Source of the DNA: an uncultured Ignavibacteriaceae bacterium
GTDB lineage: Bacteria; Bacteroidota; Ignavibacteria; UBA10030; BY39
Direction: 5' to 3'
Assembly: GCA_964437735.1 (NCBI GenBank)
Contig: CAYTID010000005.1
Location: 1-51,797, forward strand
DNA length: 51,797 nt
Shown: positions 35,275 through 45,339 of the stretch, in pieces
Layout: every line of letters begins with the position of its first letter
Position numbering within the stretch: the stretch's first letter is position 1
Position numbers and translations under genes: made by a program
Notes under the pieces: model-generated
Seen by the model: only the letters and a program-made list of their open reading frames with translations
The model's database searches: none
Told to the model about the DNA's origin: nothing

Positions 35275-37677
35275 TTATTTCCAAATAATCTGTTTCCATT
35301 TTTTGCCGTTTGATTCAAATAATGCAGCCCCTGAAAGATCGGTGCGGTGAATTTTTATATTTTTATCATTTAATCTTTCCAATACTATATCTGAGGGATG
35401 GTTGAATTTATTGTTGAAGCCGGCTGAAATTAATGCATACTCAGGCGCTACCTGATCTAGAAATTCTTCAGTATTGCTGGTTTTACTCCCATGATGAGCA
35501 TTCTTCAGAATGTCGGTTTTTAAAAAATCAGAATATTGGTTCAATATTTCAATTTCGGATTTTCTCTCTATGTCACCGGTCAGCATTAATGAGGTTTCCT
35601 TGTAAACAATTTTCAATACAATAGACTGGTCGTTTAGATCATGTGTTTGTGTGGAATCAAACTCTCCCGCAGGATGAAGAACATATATCCTCGATAAATC
35701 CGACGCTTGAATAATACTCCCCTGTTTTACAACGCGATATTTTATATCGAGGGAGTCGATTAAGAATTTGTATTCCGCAAAAATATTTGTCTTCTCATAA
35801 GAACCGGCGTCAATAATAGTTCCAACTTTAAATTTTCTCAAAAGGGAAGGAATTCCTCCCAAATGATCATAGTGAGGATGAGTATTCAATATATAATCTA
35901 TTTTCCTGATCCCTTTTTTATTTAAAAATTGTTTAATAAATCTCTCACCCGCATCACGATAAAAAGTTCTTGGACCGGCGTCAACCAACATATTTTTACC
36001 ATCCGGGAATTCTATGAATATTGCATCCCCTTGTCCGACATCCAGAAATGTTACTTTGAAATTTTCTTCTTTCTCGAATAATAAAGAATAAAAAATCAGT
36101 CCGTTTGCGACAATTAAAAAGGCGAATATAAATCTTTTGACTATTATTCCATTCCTTAAGGTGAATATAAAACCGATGATCACATAAAAAATCACGCCTG
36201 AAAGAAAATTAAAATTTGCAAATATATGGGAATACTTTAAATTCCCGAAGTAAGATACAAAATATAATAGGAATCCCGCAGACGCCTTCGTCGTTTGTGC
36301 GAAAATATCTGCCGCCCAATTTGAAATAAAGGCAAAAATTGAAGTAATAATACCCAGTGCAAGAATAATTCCTGTCATCGGTACAATTATTAAATTTGCA
36401 GCGAAACCGATTATTGATATCTTCCCGAAATAATAGGATGTAAAAGGAATTGTGCCAATCGCAGCGGCAAAAGAAACTGCTGCCAATCCTGAAAAAAATT
36501 TTATTATACTTGATTTTTGCAAAACCTCCGGTGCCAAATATAATACCGAGTGAATTTTGGGATATAAAGCTACTATCGCGATAACAGCGATGAATGATAA
36601 CTGAAACCCCGGTTCAAACAATTGTTTTGCATCGATAAAGAGGAGTATGATTGCTGCCACAGCGAGCGAATTAAACACATCAACTTTCCTCTCCAGCAAA
36701 AATGACATTAGTATTATTATTGCCATCACACTTGCGCGAACTACCGATGGAGGATGTCCGGTCAGGAAAATATAAAATACCAGAATCAGACTTGTCCCAA
36801 TAATACATATCTTTCTGCTAAAACGGAAAAAACTCAATAAAACAAAAATTATTGCAGTAATCATACCGACATGAAGTCCCGATACCGCGAGAATGTGCAT
36901 AACTCCTGCATTAATAAAAGACTCTTTCAGTTCAAACGGAATTTCGCTTCGGTCGCCGATAAGAATTCCTTTCAGGAAACTTGCTTCTTTACCCCCAATA
37001 TAGGTAGTAAAATTTTTGCTTATCAATTTTCGCAGCGGATATATTAAATCGGTCAAGAAGAAATTACCTTCCTTTCCGAGAATTTGGATATCGACCTGAT
37101 CTTCCAAATACATTTTTGCATATATTTCGTTCAGGAAGAGATACTTACGCAAATCGAAATCTCCGGGATTCCGGGCAGTACTGACACTTTGAAGTTGTCC
37201 TTGAAATAATATACGCATTCCGTATTGAAGTGAATCAATAAAACTTTCGCTTATATTTTCTATTGGGATTGATACAAGAACACCTCCGTTAGTGCGTATA
37301 TTTGGAACATCGGTTCCGTACTTATCTACTTCAACAACGAATTGTATGCTTGTCGATTTTTTGCGCGGAGGGTCTGTTACTATTCCCTCTAACATTGCAT
37401 CAGCGGAATACCCGGTAAATTTAATTATAAGATTTTTCGAAAAATATTTGCCATCGACAGAAATCTTTACAATTCCCAGTAAGACAATTAGTGCCAAAGT
37501 AAAGTAAATTCTAAGAAATGAGTCTTTTTTTTGAGCGATGAAAAATATTAATGAGAGGATGAATAAGATTAATAAAGACAAGGCAGAATATAATAGCGGG
37601 ATTTCGCAATACCATCCAATGATAATGCCTGCAATTAACGGGAGGGCATATTTCATAGCGGGGCGATTTATCAGCAT
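35275..37677 (-). CDS. comEC: DNA internalisation-related competence protein ComEC/Rec2
   Basis: 800 aa. N-terminal DUF4131-like region, polytopic ComEC core (GVMHILAVSGLHVG), C-terminal metallo-beta-lactamase domain (LNTHPHYDHLGG). Confidence 0.85.
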   Translation of the reverse strand: MLINRPAMKYALPLIAGIIIGWYCEIPLLYSALSLLILFILSLIFFIAQKKDSFLRIYFTLALIVLLGIVKISVDGKYFSKNLIIKFTGYSADAMLEGIVTDPPRKKSTSIQFVVEVDKYGTDVPNIRTNGGVLVSIPIENISESFIDSLQYGMRILFQGQLQSVSTARNPGDFDLRKYLFLNEIYAKMYLEDQVDIQILGKEGNFFLTDLIYPLRKLISKNFTTYIGGKEASFLKGILIGDRSEIPFELKESFINAGVMHILAVSGLHVGMITAIIFVLLSFFRFSRKICIIGTSLILVFYIFLTGHPPSVVRASVMAIIILMSFLLERKVDVFNSLAVAAIILLFIDAKQLFEPGFQLSFIAVIAIVALYPKIHSVLYLAPEVLQKSSIIKFFSGLAAVSFAAAIGTIPFTSYYFGKISIIGFAANLIIVPMTGIILALGIITSIFAFISNWAADIFAQTTKASAGFLLYFVSYFGNLKYSHIFANFNFLSGVIFYVIIGFIFTLRNGIIVKRFIFAFLIVANGLIFYSLLFEKEENFKVTFLDVGQGDAIFIEFPDGKNMLVDAGPRTFYRDAGERFIKQFLNKKGIRKIDYILNTHPHYDHLGGIPSLLRKFKVGTIIDAGSYEKTNIFAEYKFLIDSLDIKYRVVKQGSIIQASDLSRIYVLHPAGEFDSTQTHDLNDQSIVLKIVYKETSLMLTGDIERKSEIEILNQYSDFLKTDILKNAHHGSKTSNTEEFLDQVAPEYALISAGFNNKFNHPSDIVLERLNDKNIKIHRTDLSGAALFESNGKKWKQIIWK

Positions 37678-37683
37678 AACAAT

Positions 37684-38616
37684 TTATTTAAACAATTTCA
37701 GAATTGCGGGAGCAATCTGTGAAATATTTTTCAACTTCAGATTTGAAAAATATTTTTTGTGCCTTCCCGCCACAAACAAAGGCACAGGATTCCTTGTATG
37801 GGTTTTCGTGGATAAGTCTTCAATGTTACCATGGTCGCTGGTTAGTAATAATGTCATCGTTCCTGGATCGAAGCCTTCCAAAACTCCGGATATCAAGGTA
37901 TCAATTTTTTCCAATTCTTCAACTGATTTACTCATCGACTGACTGTGTCCTGCATGATCCGTAAAAAAATATTCGTAGAAAACAAAATCATATATTTGGA
38001 GAAGTCCTGCCAGCCGTTTACCCGCATCTATTATACTAAGTTCACGAACAAGTGGAAATCCCATCGCATTCCAGTGTTCGTTTGTAATATCAGCAGCCAG
38101 CGCCTCTCCATTCTTAAGAATTTTATGATCATTTAATTCAAAACCCGACATAGTCCATGCCATAGTCGTGGCAGTCCGCCGGGTTTTATGTGTTTCAATA
38201 TATTCGAAATACCGCGGAGGATATGCATTTGCATAAAAAACAGAAGTCCCGTTTTGCGATAAACCTTTAAAAATATTTTTTTGTGAGATTAACGAACGTA
38301 ACTCAGAATAGGGATAAGGACCAAAATGTTTTCCGATCAACTTTGATGCATTAATTCCGCATAATAACGAGGTTTGTCCGGTCCCGCTTTGGGGTAAACC
38401 CTTGACATTAAGATTAGCATCTAACGGGTGCAGAAAGGAAAATTTGTTTTCTATATATCCGTTTTTTAGATGAGGTCTTTTCCCCTCCAGTAATCGATCA
38501 AAAGTTGTTAACTCAGATTTAAAAAAAGGATTTATTGTCTCATTTTTCTTTCCTATCCCAACGCCATCAAGAAAAATAAATAAAAGCTTTTCTTTGCTTT
38601 TTAATACCTTTGTCAT
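37684..38616 (-). CDS. alkaline-phosphatase/metalloenzyme-superfamily protein (cofactor-independent phosphoglycerate-mutase-like)
   Basis: LLFIFLDGVGIG near the N-terminus and TSDHGN near the C-terminus are metal-ligand motifs of this superfamily. The specific activity is not assignable. Confidence 0.55.
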   Translation of the reverse strand: MTKVLKSKEKLLFIFLDGVGIGKKNETINPFFKSELTTFDRLLEGKRPHLKNGYIENKFSFLHPLDANLNVKGLPQSGTGQTSLLCGINASKLIGKHFGPYPYSELRSLISQKNIFKGLSQNGTSVFYANAYPPRYFEYIETHKTRRTATTMAWTMSGFELNDHKILKNGEALAADITNEHWNAMGFPLVRELSIIDAGKRLAGLLQIYDFVFYEYFFTDHAGHSQSMSKSVEELEKIDTLISGVLEGFDPGTMTLLLTSDHGNIEDLSTKTHTRNPVPLFVAGRHKKYFSNLKLKNISQIAPAILKLFK

Positions 38617-39068
38617 AATGTTTCTTTTGATTCGAGCAAGATTGTAACAGGACCCTCGTTCACGAGGCTAATATTCATCATTGCGCCGAATACACCCGTT
38701 TTAATATGTTCAGAACCCATTAATAATTTAAGATTCTCAACAAATATTTTATACATTTGATTCGCATGTTCGGGTGGAGCTGCATTAGTGAATGAAGGTC
38801 TGTTTCCCCTGCGTGTGTCAGCATATAATGTAAATTGTGAAACCACGAGAATAGAACCATCGACATCCTTAACAGATAAATTCATTTTGTTCTGCGCGTC
38901 TTCAAAAATTCTTAAGTTAACACATTTTTCAGCCAGATACTTTGCATCTTTTTCATCATCGGTAGCAGATACGCTGATCAGAACCAGCAACCCTTTTTTA
39001 ATTTCACTTATGGTTTTACTTTCAATTTTAACATCTGCATTCCCGACTCTCTGAATTAATGCCCTCAT
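38613..39068 (-). CDS. dtd: D-aminoacyl-tRNA deacylase
   Basis: MRALIQRV..., SQFTLYADTRRGNRPSF, NEGPVT motifs. 151 aa. Confidence 0.9.
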   Translation of the reverse strand: MRALIQRVGNADVKIESKTISEIKKGLLVLISVSATDDEKDAKYLAEKCVNLRIFEDAQNKMNLSVKDVDGSILVVSQFTLYADTRRGNRPSFTNAAPPEHANQMYKIFVENLKLLMGSEHIKTGVFGAMMNISLVNEGPVTILLESKETL

Positions 39069-39071
39069 AAA

Positions 39072-39944
39072 TTATATCTTTCCTTTTATTACTCTGTCAT
39101 TTCCGGAAAAATCTTTGATCGTTTCGATGCAGGAATAACCGTGATTTTTTAATATTTGAGATACAGGAACACTTTGATTATATGCAATTTCTAAAAACAA
39201 ATATCCGCCTGTTTTTAGAAACCTCCGGCTTATATCAGCGATCCTTTCAAAAAAAGTGAGCCCGTTATCAAAATCCGTTGTGGCAATTCTTGGCTCGTAC
39301 TCGCTCACCTCTCTGCTTAATTGCAAAAATTCTTCGTTCGATATGTATGGAGGATTTGAAACAACTGCATCAAATTTTTCATCAAAACTAATTTCATCAA
39401 AAATATCTTTCTGAAAAAATCCAATCCTGTTGAAAACAGAATTTCTTTCTGCATTCCTTCGAGCAATTACCAAAGCATCGTCGCTCTTATCGATGCTTGT
39501 GACGGTTGCATGCGGGAGAAATTTTGCAAGACTGATAGATATGTTTCCGCTTCCGGCGCCTATATCCAAAATTTTTATAACGTTATTGTTATTTTTGAAT
39601 TGCTTAATAACTTCCTCAACAAGTGTTTCAGTATCCTGCCGAGGAATCAAAACTCGTGAATCAACACTAAACTTCAATCCCATAAATTCTGTTTCTCCTA
39701 AAATATATTGCAAGGGTTCATGATTTAATCTCCGCCTGAATAATTGCTTAAATTTTGAGGTTTCCTCGCCTTTTAACGGCTTATCAAAGTTTTTGTATAA
39801 ATCAATTCTGCTACAATTCAGGGATTGGCAAAGAAGTAATTCGACATTTAACCGCGCGTCTTCAAATCCCTTTTCTTTCAGATACTGAGTAGACCAATCG
39901 ACTAATTCAAGTATCTTCCAATTATTTTTTTTAATTTCACTCAT
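39072..39944 (-). CDS. prmC: peptide chain release factor N5-glutamine methyltransferase
   Basis: EPLQYILGETEFMGLKF, ILDIGAGSGNI, SNPPY motif. Confidence 0.85.
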   Translation of the reverse strand: MSEIKKNNWKILELVDWSTQYLKEKGFEDARLNVELLLCQSLNCSRIDLYKNFDKPLKGEETSKFKQLFRRRLNHEPLQYILGETEFMGLKFSVDSRVLIPRQDTETLVEEVIKQFKNNNNVIKILDIGAGSGNISISLAKFLPHATVTSIDKSDDALVIARRNAERNSVFNRIGFFQKDIFDEISFDEKFDAVVSNPPYISNEEFLQLSREVSEYEPRIATTDFDNGLTFFERIADISRRFLKTGGYLFLEIAYNQSVPVSQILKNHGYSCIETIKDFSGNDRVIKGKI

Positions 39945-40010
39945 TCAAAATGAATATAAGAATCGGAAAACGAAAAACAAATAATCCCTCCCGAACGCAT
40001 AGATTAATAC

Positions 40011-43000
40011 CTAACGAAAAAATTGATTCGAGAATACTTCTTCATCTATTGTTTTGATAGGAATACTCCGGGATAATGGTTTCTTCATATTTTCGAGGTA
40101 TCGTTTAAGAAAATACGCTATCGTTTCAATACGGATTTTTATAGAACCCTTTGGCTTATTCTCGTCAATATCTTTGAAACAAAAATACGGAGTCCCGCTT
40201 GCTTCTACAATTTCCTGTATTAAGGAATAAATCGGAGCATCATGCCCGCACCTGAAGTTTGACAATTCAAGCACAACGAGATTAGGATGTCGTGCCGCAA
40301 ACTTTGCAGCCCATATTTTTTTATTCGTATTTTCGCTATAAGAATTTTTCCATACATCACTGATATCCAAAGGATCGTCTGTTTCGCCTTCGTATAAATT
40401 GTCCAGGATTTCCATCTCAGTAGGAAGTGAATCCTGATACAATATAGGATAACCAAGTTTTTGAAATTCTTCAAGAATGCCGTGATTGATTCCGGGATCA
40501 TTATGGTACGGACGGGCCAAAACTACAATCCCGATCCTGTTTTCTTTCTCAAGCATTTTTAATATTTCAGATCCCTCTTTTTTTATTTTATTCTGAAATT
40601 CAAACTGAGCCTCATAAGCTGTTTCAACCGCTTTATCGTTCTCCTTTTTGGTCAGTCCCAGAATATTTTCAAAATCAGTAAACATCTGATGAGCGGCAAG
40701 CTTCGGTTCCTTTAAATTAACGAATGTATTTATATATTTTATTTCCATCTCCTGAAAGATATCATATTCCTTGATGAATGCAGCTTTTACTGAAAATGGA
40801 GTCGCCACCGCTGACGGACAGCCGCTGTTATCAACACAATTTATCAATTCACTCGGCATTGAATCGATGCTGGGAAAAAAAATAAAATCTATCTTCTTCT
40901 TCTTATTCTGTACATAAATTAAATTATGAATATGCGGGATACCAAGTTTGCTCGGATAGCATGGATCGATGTTCCCTCTTTTAGCACCATCTCTGTACAG
41001 TTTTTCAGAAGTGAATTCAGAATAGACTATATTCCCGGGTAAGATTCCGAGACTTTCGAAATACGCACTGAAAAACGGATTATAAGTATATAAATTTAAC
41101 AAACGCGGTATTCCGACAACAATTTTTTCCCTTTTCTTTTTTAAAAAATTTATATTCCTTTTATTTTTCGTGATAGCATACCGGATCGGCGGGTCTTTTA
41201 CCGCTTGAGGCTTTATGGGATGCCAAACTGATTGCCCGGCTTTCTCAATCATGTTAGGATTTTTTAATTTGATTTCATTCAGATGTTTTTGTATTTCTCT
41301 CATCCCCTCAATATTTTCAACTGTTCCTTTTTCGCATGAGGCAATAATAACTCTCTCTTTATGAATTCCGAGAATCTCCTCGAAAGAATCTTGTTCAAGG
41401 TATTCGATTCTTCCTGACTTTGCCGACTCAGGTCCCATTTTATAACTAAAGGTCTGTTCGTTATTCAGAGTGTTTGTTTTTTTCATGGAAATGTCGATAA
41501 AGGTGCGCAGACAATTATTTTTACAATAGAGGCAACGAGTTTCTTCATTCCGTTTTGTTTCATACTTAATCGATGCCACCGCGTCAAAGCCGATAAAGTT
41601 AGTAAATTTTCCGCTCTCGATTAATCTTATCGTTTCGATGGCAACACCTATAGCTCCGCTTTCACCCGTATGTGGATGGACATTGATAACAGGCTTGTGA
41701 AGTAAACCCTGATATCGTTCGTTAATAAAATCGACCTGAGCTTTTACCGCTGCGAGATTGTGTTGCGTCCCTCCTTGTAAAATAAAGTACCTTCCGAATT
41801 TTGCCACATTAGGCATTTGGGCAATATAAAGCCAGATATTTTTCGGGAGTACCTTTGCCAGTCCTGCTAATATTTCCTCGGGCTTCCAACCTTGTCGCTG
41901 AAAATCCACAATATCAGTTTGTAAAAAAACTGCGCAACCATAACTGAATTCAGGAACTCGTTTAGCTGTAAATGCTTTTTCTGCATATTGTTCAACATTA
42001 AATCCGAGACTTTCTGCAGTGGCTTGAAGGAAATAACCGTTTCCTGCAGAGCATTGAGTGTTAAGTTTAAAATCAACAACTCTTCCTTCCTTTAATATTA
42101 TAATTTTGATGTCTTGTCCTCCGACATCACAAATCACATCGACATTATCGAAATAATGGAGGGCAGAAATTGTATGTGCAACAGTTTCAACCAGCGCGAT
42201 ATCGGCTCCGATACAATCTTTTAAAATATCTTTAGCATACCCTGTTACTCCAACACCAAGGATATTTAATTTTACATTTTGTGACTCTATTTTCCTCTGA
42301 AGATTTATTAATATTTCTTTTGTGTCTTCAATCGGATTACCTTTTGACAGTCGGTAGTCTTTTGCAATTACGTTTTTATTTTTATCAAGAAGAACCGCTT
42401 TAGTTGAGGTGGATCCTCCATCAAGACCGATATATGCATCAATAGTTTTTTGAGGATTCAAAATTACTGTTTGATACTTTGGTAAAGTATATTTTTTTGT
42501 GAATGCCTCAATTTCTTCGTGGCTTTTACATAATGCTGCACCGCTAATTTTACTTTTTAACTCCTCCCGATCGCTATAGATATATTGATAAATTTTTTGC
42601 GTGCCTTGATAAACTCCTACGTTTTTAGGTTCTTTATTCCCGTATTCGACCGCACCAAGGGCGGCGTACAGCTCAGAATTGGCAGGGACTTTAATTAAAT
42701 CTTCGGGTTGGATATTCTCAGGAATTGATATATTTCTTTCCTTCCATAAACCGGGAATATTTGCCTGCCAGGCTTCTACCATTCCCGGAAGAAATGTGTT
42801 AGGACCTCCAAGCAATAATATTTCCGGTAGTAACGTATGACCTCGTGTTAAAACAGTCAAATTTTGGAGTATGATCGATTCATATAAAGAAGCCATCAAT
42901 TCATACTTTGACACTCCCTGTTTCTGGAGTGAATTGATATCCGTTTCCGCAAATACTCCGCATTTACCTGCTATGGGATGAATTTTTATACCTTTGAATT

Positions 43001-43514
43001 TGAATAAGGACAAATCCGATTGCGGAATATTTAATTTAGCGGCAATTTTATCGATAACAGATCCGGTTCCGCCTGCACACTTATCATTCATGCTTGATAT
43101 TTTTTTTCTGCCACCAGGTGTATCTTTAAAAATAATTATTTTTGCATCCTGACCACCAAGCTCGATAACAGATTTGACTGAAGGGTGAAATTTTTCCACG
43201 GCGAGGGACAAAGCATTAACTTCCTGAACAAACTTTCCTCCAATGTAATCGGCATATCCATGTGCACCGCTTCCTGTAACAAATATTCTAAATTCACCCG
43301 CCTTAATTTCTAAATCACATTCGAGTTTCTCTAAAAATTCGAAAACCTTTTCCGCTAAACGGGTTTCGTGGCGTTGATAATATGACCAAATAATTTTATC
43401 CCCATCGTTGTCGACCGCCACTCCTTTAACAGTCGTTGATCCGATATCGAGACCCACTGATAAATTCTTGGATCGTCCTTTGAGATTCAACACAATATTA
43501 TCGTTTTTAATCAT
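40011..43514 (-). CDS. fusion of two BadF/BadG/BcrA/BcrD (HgdC-type) activase ATPase domains with a C-terminal DUF2229-like domain
   Basis: Two actin-fold ATPase modules (VGLDIGSTTVKG...; IGLDGGSTSTKA...). Each retains both cluster-ligand Cys contexts of HgdC-type activators (KCAGGTG and KCGVFAETD; QCSAGNG and GCAVFLQTD). The Cys-containing C-terminal ~500 aa (DPCYPSK, SGCPS, FRCGHD) resembles the CoA-enzyme-activase-associated domain. Confidence 0.8.
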   Translation of the reverse strand: MIKNDNIVLNLKGRSKNLSVGLDIGSTTVKGVAVDNDGDKIIWSYYQRHETRLAEKVFEFLEKLECDLEIKAGEFRIFVTGSGAHGYADYIGGKFVQEVNALSLAVEKFHPSVKSVIELGGQDAKIIIFKDTPGGRKKISSMNDKCAGGTGSVIDKIAAKLNIPQSDLSLFKFKGIKIHPIAGKCGVFAETDINSLQKQGVSKYELMASLYESIILQNLTVLTRGHTLLPEILLLGGPNTFLPGMVEAWQANIPGLWKERNISIPENIQPEDLIKVPANSELYAALGAVEYGNKEPKNVGVYQGTQKIYQYIYSDREELKSKISGAALCKSHEEIEAFTKKYTLPKYQTVILNPQKTIDAYIGLDGGSTSTKAVLLDKNKNVIAKDYRLSKGNPIEDTKEILINLQRKIESQNVKLNILGVGVTGYAKDILKDCIGADIALVETVAHTISALHYFDNVDVICDVGGQDIKIIILKEGRVVDFKLNTQCSAGNGYFLQATAESLGFNVEQYAEKAFTAKRVPEFSYGCAVFLQTDIVDFQRQGWKPEEILAGLAKVLPKNIWLYIAQMPNVAKFGRYFILQGGTQHNLAAVKAQVDFINERYQGLLHKPVINVHPHTGESGAIGVAIETIRLIESGKFTNFIGFDAVASIKYETKRNEETRCLYCKNNCLRTFIDISMKKTNTLNNEQTFSYKMGPESAKSGRIEYLEQDSFEEILGIHKERVIIASCEKGTVENIEGMREIQKHLNEIKLKNPNMIEKAGQSVWHPIKPQAVKDPPIRYAITKNKRNINFLKKKREKIVVGIPRLLNLYTYNPFFSAYFESLGILPGNIVYSEFTSEKLYRDGAKRGNIDPCYPSKLGIPHIHNLIYVQNKKKKIDFIFFPSIDSMPSELINCVDNSGCPSAVATPFSVKAAFIKEYDIFQEMEIKYINTFVNLKEPKLAAHQMFTDFENILGLTKKENDKAVETAYEAQFEFQNKIKKEGSEILKMLEKENRIGIVVLARPYHNDPGINHGILEEFQKLGYPILYQDSLPTEMEILDNLYEGETDDPLDISDVWKNSYSENTNKKIWAAKFAARHPNLVVLELSNFRCGHDAPIYSLIQEIVEASGTPYFCFKDIDENKPKGSIKIRIETIAYFLKRYLENMKKPLSRSIPIKTIDEEVFSNQFFR

Positions 43515-45196
43515 TTTTTCTTTTTAATAACTTTTGCTACATGGTAAACAAATCTTGCTGCTCTTGAAATAATTTTATCTTTTTTTGATATAACAAACAT
43601 TGCTGACGCATACTCAGGATTTTCAGCTATAAACTTTTCTATTTCGTCTTTTGATAAACCTGTTTCTTGTAACGCTGTTTCAAATTCCTGCAAACACCTA
43701 ATCTTTGCTTCGGTTAGAGCCATTTGTACACGACTGTATGCATTGATCTCGCCCTCACCCGATGTTTCAATAGGTAAAAAGAGTAATTCAGGATAATATG
43801 AACTGATAACGGAGTGAACACCGTCGCTCTGAGTGCTGGGCAAACACCCGAAGGGCTTAACCGAGATAACCAAATGAGACAATCTCTTGGTAGTATATTC
43901 AATACTCTTGGCTACTTCCAGATGCCCTTCACCACCGCGAGCCTGACTATTATAATAATCGTGTCCGATTGTTGCCAATTTGTATTGGTCGGATAATTCC
44001 TGAGGGATATAATCAAGATCTTTGCGTAATTTGTTGAATTCTCTTTTTAATAAGAATTCACTTAACCTGACGAGTAATTTTATTTTAAAATGCTGCACAT
44101 AAGTTCGATAATTCTTTCTGTTTGTTATCCCGAACCGGACAGAACTATTTTGATTAGTTTCAAAAAGTAAATATCCTAACCAATTAATAACCGGTTCGAT
44201 AATTACTTCTGCCCCTTCCTTTTCAAGGTAATTAAATATCCTGAAATTTCCGTCACCCTCAGTGATCTGTGCCCAGAATTCTCCTGTAATTTTCACTCTC
44301 GGCACCAATTGAATGTTATCGATCCGGATGGCTGCAAGTTTTTCTTTTATTCTGATAAAATACGCTTTATATTCATTATTAAATATTTGATCTATGATTA
44401 ATCCTATCAGACTACTATCTGCACCTTTATGAAAATTATTAAAGAATGAAATTATTTTGGATTTTCTTAAAGATGATTGCTTTTGTTTAATAATTTCGAA
44501 TAAACCTTCGGTTATCTCCCTGAATACTTTATCAGTTTCACCCTTATTAATTTCATACGGACGGATTTTAAAAACAAGATCATTTAAAATATCACCGAAC
44601 ATTAATGCCATAATCAATCCGACAAAAAATTCTTCATTAAATTCCAGTCCGCTATCTTCTTTTGTTTGATTTAAACCGTCAGATTGTTGAAAAGTTAAAA
44701 TTCTGAAACCATCGAAACCGGAATTACGCAATGCAAGCCGGTATTCGGATTCGTACATTCCGAATCGGCACGGTCCGCAAGCTCCTGCTGTAAGATATAC
44801 ATACTTGTCGATAATTTCCTTTTTGCCTAATCCCTGTTTTTCAAGGTCTTTCAAAAATATTATTAAATTACCGATAGTGAAATATGCCGGATTGCATTGT
44901 CCGTTGTTGCAGTATTCGCGTCCCACATGAAATGCCTCGATAGCCGGTGTTGGAAGGTTTCTTACTTTATATCCTAATCCCTCCATGCTCGCCCGAATAA
45001 AATAGTTATGCCTTTCCGTTAAACCCGCAATCAATATTGTGGTATTTTCACGTTCATTTTTATAAAAAGGATTTTCGCGAAATCTTTTATAATGATTTGC
45101 TTTTTTAGACAATACAAGGTTTACACTATTTTTATTCAATGTGGAAATCGCGCTTCCTTCCATATGTTGTATTTCTGACATACTTACAGATTTCAA
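43511..45196 (-). CDS. 2-hydroxyacyl-CoA-dehydratase-like / activase-associated protein of unknown substrate
   Basis: 561 aa. Cys motifs CNNGQCNP, GACGPCRFG and KPFGCLP resemble HgdA/B-like and DUF2229-type proteins. ATGA overlap with the activase gene. Confidence 0.6.
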   Translation of the reverse strand: MKSVSMSEIQHMEGSAISTLNKNSVNLVLSKKANHYKRFRENPFYKNERENTTILIAGLTERHNYFIRASMEGLGYKVRNLPTPAIEAFHVGREYCNNGQCNPAYFTIGNLIIFLKDLEKQGLGKKEIIDKYVYLTAGACGPCRFGMYESEYRLALRNSGFDGFRILTFQQSDGLNQTKEDSGLEFNEEFFVGLIMALMFGDILNDLVFKIRPYEINKGETDKVFREITEGLFEIIKQKQSSLRKSKIISFFNNFHKGADSSLIGLIIDQIFNNEYKAYFIRIKEKLAAIRIDNIQLVPRVKITGEFWAQITEGDGNFRIFNYLEKEGAEVIIEPVINWLGYLLFETNQNSSVRFGITNRKNYRTYVQHFKIKLLVRLSEFLLKREFNKLRKDLDYIPQELSDQYKLATIGHDYYNSQARGGEGHLEVAKSIEYTTKRLSHLVISVKPFGCLPSTQSDGVHSVISSYYPELLFLPIETSGEGEINAYSRVQMALTEAKIRCLQEFETALQETGLSKDEIEKFIAENPEYASAMFVISKKDKIISRAARFVYHVAKVIKKKK

Positions 45197-45339
45197 TACC
45201 CATTACAATTTATAATTTAATTATTTGATAAACAAATTGTATGTTTTTTATACTTTTAGTATATTTTTACACAGAAAGACTTTGTATCCGTTCTTAGTAA
45301 AATAACCTTCCGTCAAACGAAATAATTTAGGCTCGAAAT

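Noticed and set aside
45239-45270. Alternating GTA/TAC half-sites (GTA-N9-TAC-N5-GTA-N6-TAC) in the divergent glnA promoter region, reminiscent of NtcA-type GTA-N8-TAC boxes.
   Set aside because: The spacing does not match N8. Trinucleotide half-sites are expected by chance in AT-rich DNA. NtcA is a cyanobacterial regulator with no evidence for it here.
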